DNA of 64,000 bases from Thecamonas trahens ATCC 50062 (taxonomy: Eukaryota; Protista; Apusomonadida). Below, one piece after another: positions 59,920 to 64,000 of this stretch; within the stretch, counting starts at the first letter, position 1, and the number at the start of each line of letters is the position of its first letter. The notes beneath the pieces are model-generated. The model did no database searches. It had not been told where the DNA came from and saw only the letters and a program-made list of their open reading frames with translations. The DNA lies in contig NW_013657675.1 in assembly GCF_000142905.1 (NCBI RefSeq), positions 248,001-312,000 on the forward strand, in the 5' to 3' direction. Both the position numbers and the translations under genes were made by a program.

Positions 59920-60826
59920 TTAAGCCTCCGAAGGGATGGACTGGATGATGTCCGAGTCACCCTCGTCGATGACGGCCATCATCGAGACGCGGAAGTACTG
60001 ACCGCAGGCGGCGCCGAGGTCGTTGTTGGTGCCGTCGTAGTGGTGGACGCCAGTCTTGGCGAGCATCGAGTAGTACTCGAGCTCCGACTTGACAAGCGGG
60101 GGAGTGTTCGACGAGAGCAGGACAAGCTTGGCCTTGCCGGCACGGAGCGCCTTGAGGGTCTGCTTGTAGCCGAGGCAGAACTTGCCCGACTTCATGACCA
60201 GCGCGAGGTGGCTGTTGATCGACTCAGAGCCGCCCTACAGAACCCGATGGAAGCCATTTGCTCAGTGAGTCTCTTCCTCTCCATGCATACTCTCGCTCTC
60301 ACGCAAAGAAACCTCCTCCCTGCATACTGCCTCTGGCAAAATGCCCAACCGGCTTCTGCTGCTCCTGCCGCCCGCCTGCCATGCCGGGGGGACGAGGGGG
60401 TCCTTGGCCAGACCTGGCGGGATCATACAAAAACCGGGCGAAAATAGCCGACCGCGCCACAGCCTCACACCGACACACACACCGGCCCTGCCTCTGCACA
60501 AACACCCGTATGCCTGCCGCATCCTGCAACCAAGCTCGTAGTGCGGGGAGTGGTCGCCTCGGACGCATGCTTGCCCGTGGCGGGGAGGCAGAGTGCCGCG
60601 GCGAGGCCGAGGCATCAGACGCCAAATTCCATCCGTCCAAGGCGAGGCGGTGTGGGCAAAGCGGAGGCGGGAGGGGGACGGAGAAGGCGGGCTTGAAGTA
60701 CGAGCAGTAGTAGAGCGGGTAGGGGGGGGAGGGGGGGAGGGGGGGAGGGTATGTGTTGTATGTGGAGGGCAGGGGGGGAGGGGGGCGACTGGGAGGAAGA
60801 CGTACCTTCTTCTTCGTGGCAACCAT
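59920..60826 (-). CDS. RPL30: 60S ribosomal protein L30 (eL30); exons 60826-60806 and 60234-59920
   Basis: MVATKKK|[48 protein letters not shown]. Intron GTACGT...CTGTAG. Confidence 0.96.
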
Positions 60827-61126
60827 TGTGTCTGTGTGTGGAGAGGTGTGAAAGTGGCTTGGGAACGAACGAAGTCGTTGATGGAAAACGAATGATGTGA
60901 CGAGCGAATAGTCACTGGCGGCGAATGAAACGGAAGAATGATTTGATTGGCAGAGAGGCCTCGTCTCGCCTCGCCTCACCTCTGCTTGGGCCAAGTGAGC
61001 TACTGATGAGCGGGCGGGTGATGTCGGGCCATGGGTGATAGATAGCATCTGATGTATAGCTTTAAGGCACATTTGTTAGAAGATTGCGATTGATGGCGAT
61101 GAGCCAGAGCAGTTGAGGTCACGCTG

Positions 61127-64000
61127 TTACCTTCTCGTCGGTGGCTTGGCTTTGAACGACACGACCGAGGTGCGAAGGATGTGGGTGATATGCTCGAGCG
61201 ACGGGCGCTGAGCTGGGTCGTCAGACCAACAGGCAGTGATGAGGTCGGCTAGGGTGGCGTCGCTGATGCGGGCAGCGGCGTCGGGGCGGTATCCGGTTGA
61301 GATGCGGTAGCCGACCTCGAGGGCGTTGGTGCCCTGGAACGGCGGCTCACGGGCGACAATCTCGTAGAGGAGCGAGCCAAGCACAAAAATGTCGCCGGTG
61401 ATGGTCGCTGCCGAGCCGCGGATGTCCTCGGGCGACATGTACGCGACCGAGGGAATCATGGTCATGGTACCCATGTTGGATTTGATGGCTGAGAGGCCAT
61501 AGTCGATGAGCCGGACGGCCGGCTTCGTCGCGTCGCCAGTCTCGTTGGTGACAATGATGACGTTGGACGGGCGCAGCGCGCCGTGGCCGCGCTTGGTCAC
61601 CTTGTGCAGGACGTCGAGAGTCTCGGCGAGCGAGATCGCAACGGTCATGGCGTTGTCGGGCGAGATGGTTGACAGCACGTCGGCGAGCGAGCCGCGCGGA
61701 TAGGCCGGGAAAATGAGGCTGATGTAGGGGCGGGAAAAGCAGGCGTGGATCGGCCCCACCAGCAGGCCTGACGAGTCCATGAGCGCGGCCTTGGCGGCTG
61801 ACGCCGCAAGGACAGCCGTGAGGATGAGATCTGCGACCGGAAGCTTTTGCCGAAGGAAGACCTTGACGATAGCGTTCGGCCCGTCTGGTGCGAGCCGGGC
61901 AGGATGGCTCATGGCGTACGAGCCCATCCACGAGTCGGTCGACTCGGCCAAGTAGCGAGCGATGTCGGTCTGGGGAACAAGCCAATCGCTGACGGTGAGC
62001 CGGGCCATCTCGGTCGCCGCATCGGGCGACATAGGCAGAGAGGGCAGGCCGGTGTCGAGTGGCGACGGCTCGTCGCCGCTGCGGAGGATCTGGACCACAG
62101 AGTCGTCCAGCACCTCGTCCGGGGCGACAAACGAGAGGCCGTGCGTCGAGACCGACGACGTGATCTCCGAGACAATGTCAGCGGTGATAAAGACGGAGAG
62201 CGTGGTCGGCGCAACCCGATACGGCTCACCGTAGTACAGGGTGGAGATCAACTTCTCGATGCGCACAATGCCGTCGCCGGTGAGCATACCGCCGGCTTTG
62301 GCCACCTCACCGCGAGTAAAGACGACGGCGACCGGGCCGGCGGCCTCGACAACTACTGCAATCTGAGAGACGAAGGCGGTGATGCACTCTGGCGCTTGGG
62401 CTGCGAGCGTCTGCGAGTCCAGGGCCCAGTCGATCTTGGCCATGCCGATTCGGCGAGCGAGCTTGTCCATACTGGTATGAAAGGCGGTAAAGGCCGTCTC
62501 GGCCGACGACGGCGAGGCAAGCAGCATCTGGGTGGCATGGATGCAAACCACCTTGCACAGAACGAGATTGCCCGATGGCGCCTCGGCCGACGATGGGTAG
62601 ACGACAGCCTGTGGCGAGTAGAGCTCAGCGAGCGAGACTGCCAGCGCATCAAAGGTTGGGCGATCCCCGGGCGACTGGCGCCAGAGCTGGGTGATGAGCG
62701 GGACGAGCGGGGCGAGCCCAGGCAGGATCTTGTCCAGCGACGGCCGGCGGCCATCCATTACGTCGAGTGCCACCGCGAGCGGATTCTCACCTGGGAACAA
62801 ATTCGAGCGCGTCGCCAGCTCGTACAGCGTGAGGCCGAGCGAGTAAGCGTCCGACGCGGACGACGTGCTCTCCGGGCCGGAGGAGAGGACTTCGGGCGCG
62901 GTCCAGAATAGCGTGCCCACATTCTGCCGCGAACCATTGTGACCCGCTGCAGTGCCAAGCGACGAAAACGCCGACGAGGCAACCGAGGTAGCTGGATTGA
63001 TGGCGTTGCGGGACGAGGCCTTGGCCAGCTTTTCGTCCTTGGCCGTTTCGGTGGGGACGGAGGCCGCCGCCGCCTTGACCGACGACATGCCAAAGTCGGC
63101 AATCTTGGGCACCCAAGACGTGTCGAAGAGCACATTGAGCGACTTAAAGTCCGAGTGAATGACACCGGCGTGGGCGAGATATTGCATGCCCTGGGTCATG
63201 TTATGCGCCCACTTGAACATGATCGACGGGTCGAGGAAGAGGTCCGGCGCGTGGAGCACGTCGTAGAGCGTGCCACGGTCCATAAACTCGGTGACCAGCT
63301 GCGGCGGCTCGAGGGTGATGCCCATAAAAATGACAACGTTGGGATGCCGAAGCCGCATGAGCATGCTCGCCTCGTCCACAAACTCACGCAGCTGCCGCCC
63401 CGAGAGCTCGACGCACCGCGTCCGCTTGACTGCCACAGCGGTGGCCCGCCACGTTCCAGCGTACACGGTGCCAAACGAACCCTCGCCAACGGCAGAGCCG
63501 ATGACCAGCTCGTTGGCGTCGATTACCAGCTCCGAGTCGGAGCTGAGCTTGTAGGTCACCGACTTGCGCCGGTAAAAAAGCAGCCAGCGGCGACGCCGAC
63601 GAGGACGGCGACGGCAACAAGCGAGAGTACAACAGCAAGGATGAGTGCGGTGTTCGACGACTTGCTCGGCGCATCGAGTGCCATGATGTACGATGTCGTG
63701 GTCACATCCGAGTTGCCGAGGCCGGGCGCGATGGCAACCGCGCGCAGATCGATTGTGCCCGAGGTCGAGAGCATGATCGGCTCCGAGTACACGGGCGAGG
63801 CTCCGGTTGGGAGCGATCCATCCAGGGTGTAATGGATGGCGGCAGATGAGGTGAGCGTCTCGAGCGTGATGACAATCGGGTTGCGGAACGCGCCCGATGG
63901 CGGCGACGCGAGCGGCGCCGACGCTCGCTTCAGGACGGCGGCAACACGCAGCGCCTCGAGCTGCGGCAGCGCAGCGGTGATCGCGGCAGAGGCGACAGAG
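61127..64000 (-). CDS. Receptor-like TKL kinase: extracellular Fn3-associated domain, TM, kinase, degenerate class III cyclase, pseudokinase; 5'-truncated, frameshift ~63574-63579
   Basis: IHYTLDGSDP, TM ALILAVVLSLVAVAVLVGVAAG, GEGSFGTVY, VAVK, HSDFKSLN, DFG, GTLFWTAPE. Second domain HGALRPSN, DYG, YMSPE, CWSDDPAQRP. Confidence 0.85.
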   Translation of the reverse strand, partial: LCRLCRDHRCAAAARGAACCRRPEASVGAARVAAIGRVPQPDCHHARDAHLICRHPLHPGWIAPNRSLARVLGADHALDLGHNRSARGCHRARPRQLGCDHDIVHHGTRCAEQVVEHRTHPCCCTLACCRRRPRRRRRWLLFYRRKSVTYKLSSDSELVIDANELVIGSAVGEGSFGTVYAGTWRATAVAVKRTRCVELSGRQLREFVDEASMLMRLRHPNVVIFMGITLEPPQLVTEFMDRGTLYDVLHAPDLFLDPSIMFKWAHNMTQGMQYLAHAGVIHSDFKSLNVLFDTSWVPKIADFGMSSVKAAAASVPTETAKDEKLAKASSRNAINPATSVASSAFSSLGTAAGHNGSRQNVGTLFWTAPEVLSSGPESTSSASDAYSLGLTLYELATRSNLFPGENPLAVALDVMDGRRPSLDKILPGLAPLVPLITQLWRQSPGDRPTFDALAVSLAELYSPQAVVYPSSAEAPSGNLVLCKVVCIHATQMLLASPSSAETAFTAFHTSMDKLARRIGMAKIDWALDSQTLAAQAPECITAFVSQIAVVVEAAGPVAVVFTRGEVAKAGGMLTGDGIVRIEKLISTLYYGEPYRVAPTTLSVFITADIVSEITSSVSTHGLSFVAPDEVLDDSVVQILRSGDEPSPLDTGLPSLPMSPDAATEMARLTVSDWLVPQTDIARYLAESTDSWMGSYAMSHPARLAPDGPNAIVKVFLRQKLPVADLILTAVLAASAAKAALMDSSGLLVGPIHACFSRPYISLIFPAYPRGSLADVLSTISPDNAMTVAISLAETLDVLHKVTKRGHGALRPSNVIIVTNETGDATKPAVRLIDYGLSAIKSNMGTMTMIPSVAYMSPEDIRGSAATITGDIFVLGSLLYEIVAREPPFQGTNALEVGYRISTGYRPDAAARISDATLADLITACWSDDPAQRPSLEHITHILRTSVVSFKAKPPTRR

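Noticed and set aside
60235-60805. snoRNA or autoregulatory K-turn in the RPL30 intron
   Set aside because: No paired C/D boxes or clear H/ACA structure visible by eye; an Infernal/Rfam scan would be needed.

Overview
GC-rich, very gene-dense eukaryotic (protist) nuclear DNA with about 27 protein-coding genes, GT-AG spliceosomal introns restricted to gene 5' ends, one assembly gap (6776-7121), and no rRNA, tRNA, CRISPR or mobile element that I can support. Gene content (hybrid histidine kinase, kinase-cyclase-kinase receptor, two-repeat TMEM175, flagellar genes, sparse introns) suggests an intron-poor flagellate such as an apusomonad (Thecamonas-like); this is inference only. Recognisable genes: MED4-like, Sec14/CRAL-TRIO, UBA1, multi-C2/SAM, calmodulin/MLC-like, SHIPPO-repeat, CDC14-like, mitochondrial IF2, ALDH7, VIT-vWA, RFC3, RING-H2, F-BAR-RhoGAP, MFS, TMEM175, carboxylesterase, LRRC51, MROH1, PITP, RPL30. 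Eleven frameshifts split nine genes; ten are repaired by adding one base, mostly to a homopolymer, so they are probably sequencing errors. Most notable: (1) a motor-less protein with two dynein microtubule-binding domains plus two CAP-Gly domains; (2) an intron-split, GPI-type protein whose mature N-terminus is His (histidine-brace copper protein, X325/Bim1/LPMO-like), missed by the ORF track; (3) a surface V8-type pseudoprotease-CARDB protein with all three triad residues replaced; (4) a receptor kinase / dead cyclase / pseudokinase. All domain calls are by-eye motif recognition, not database searches.
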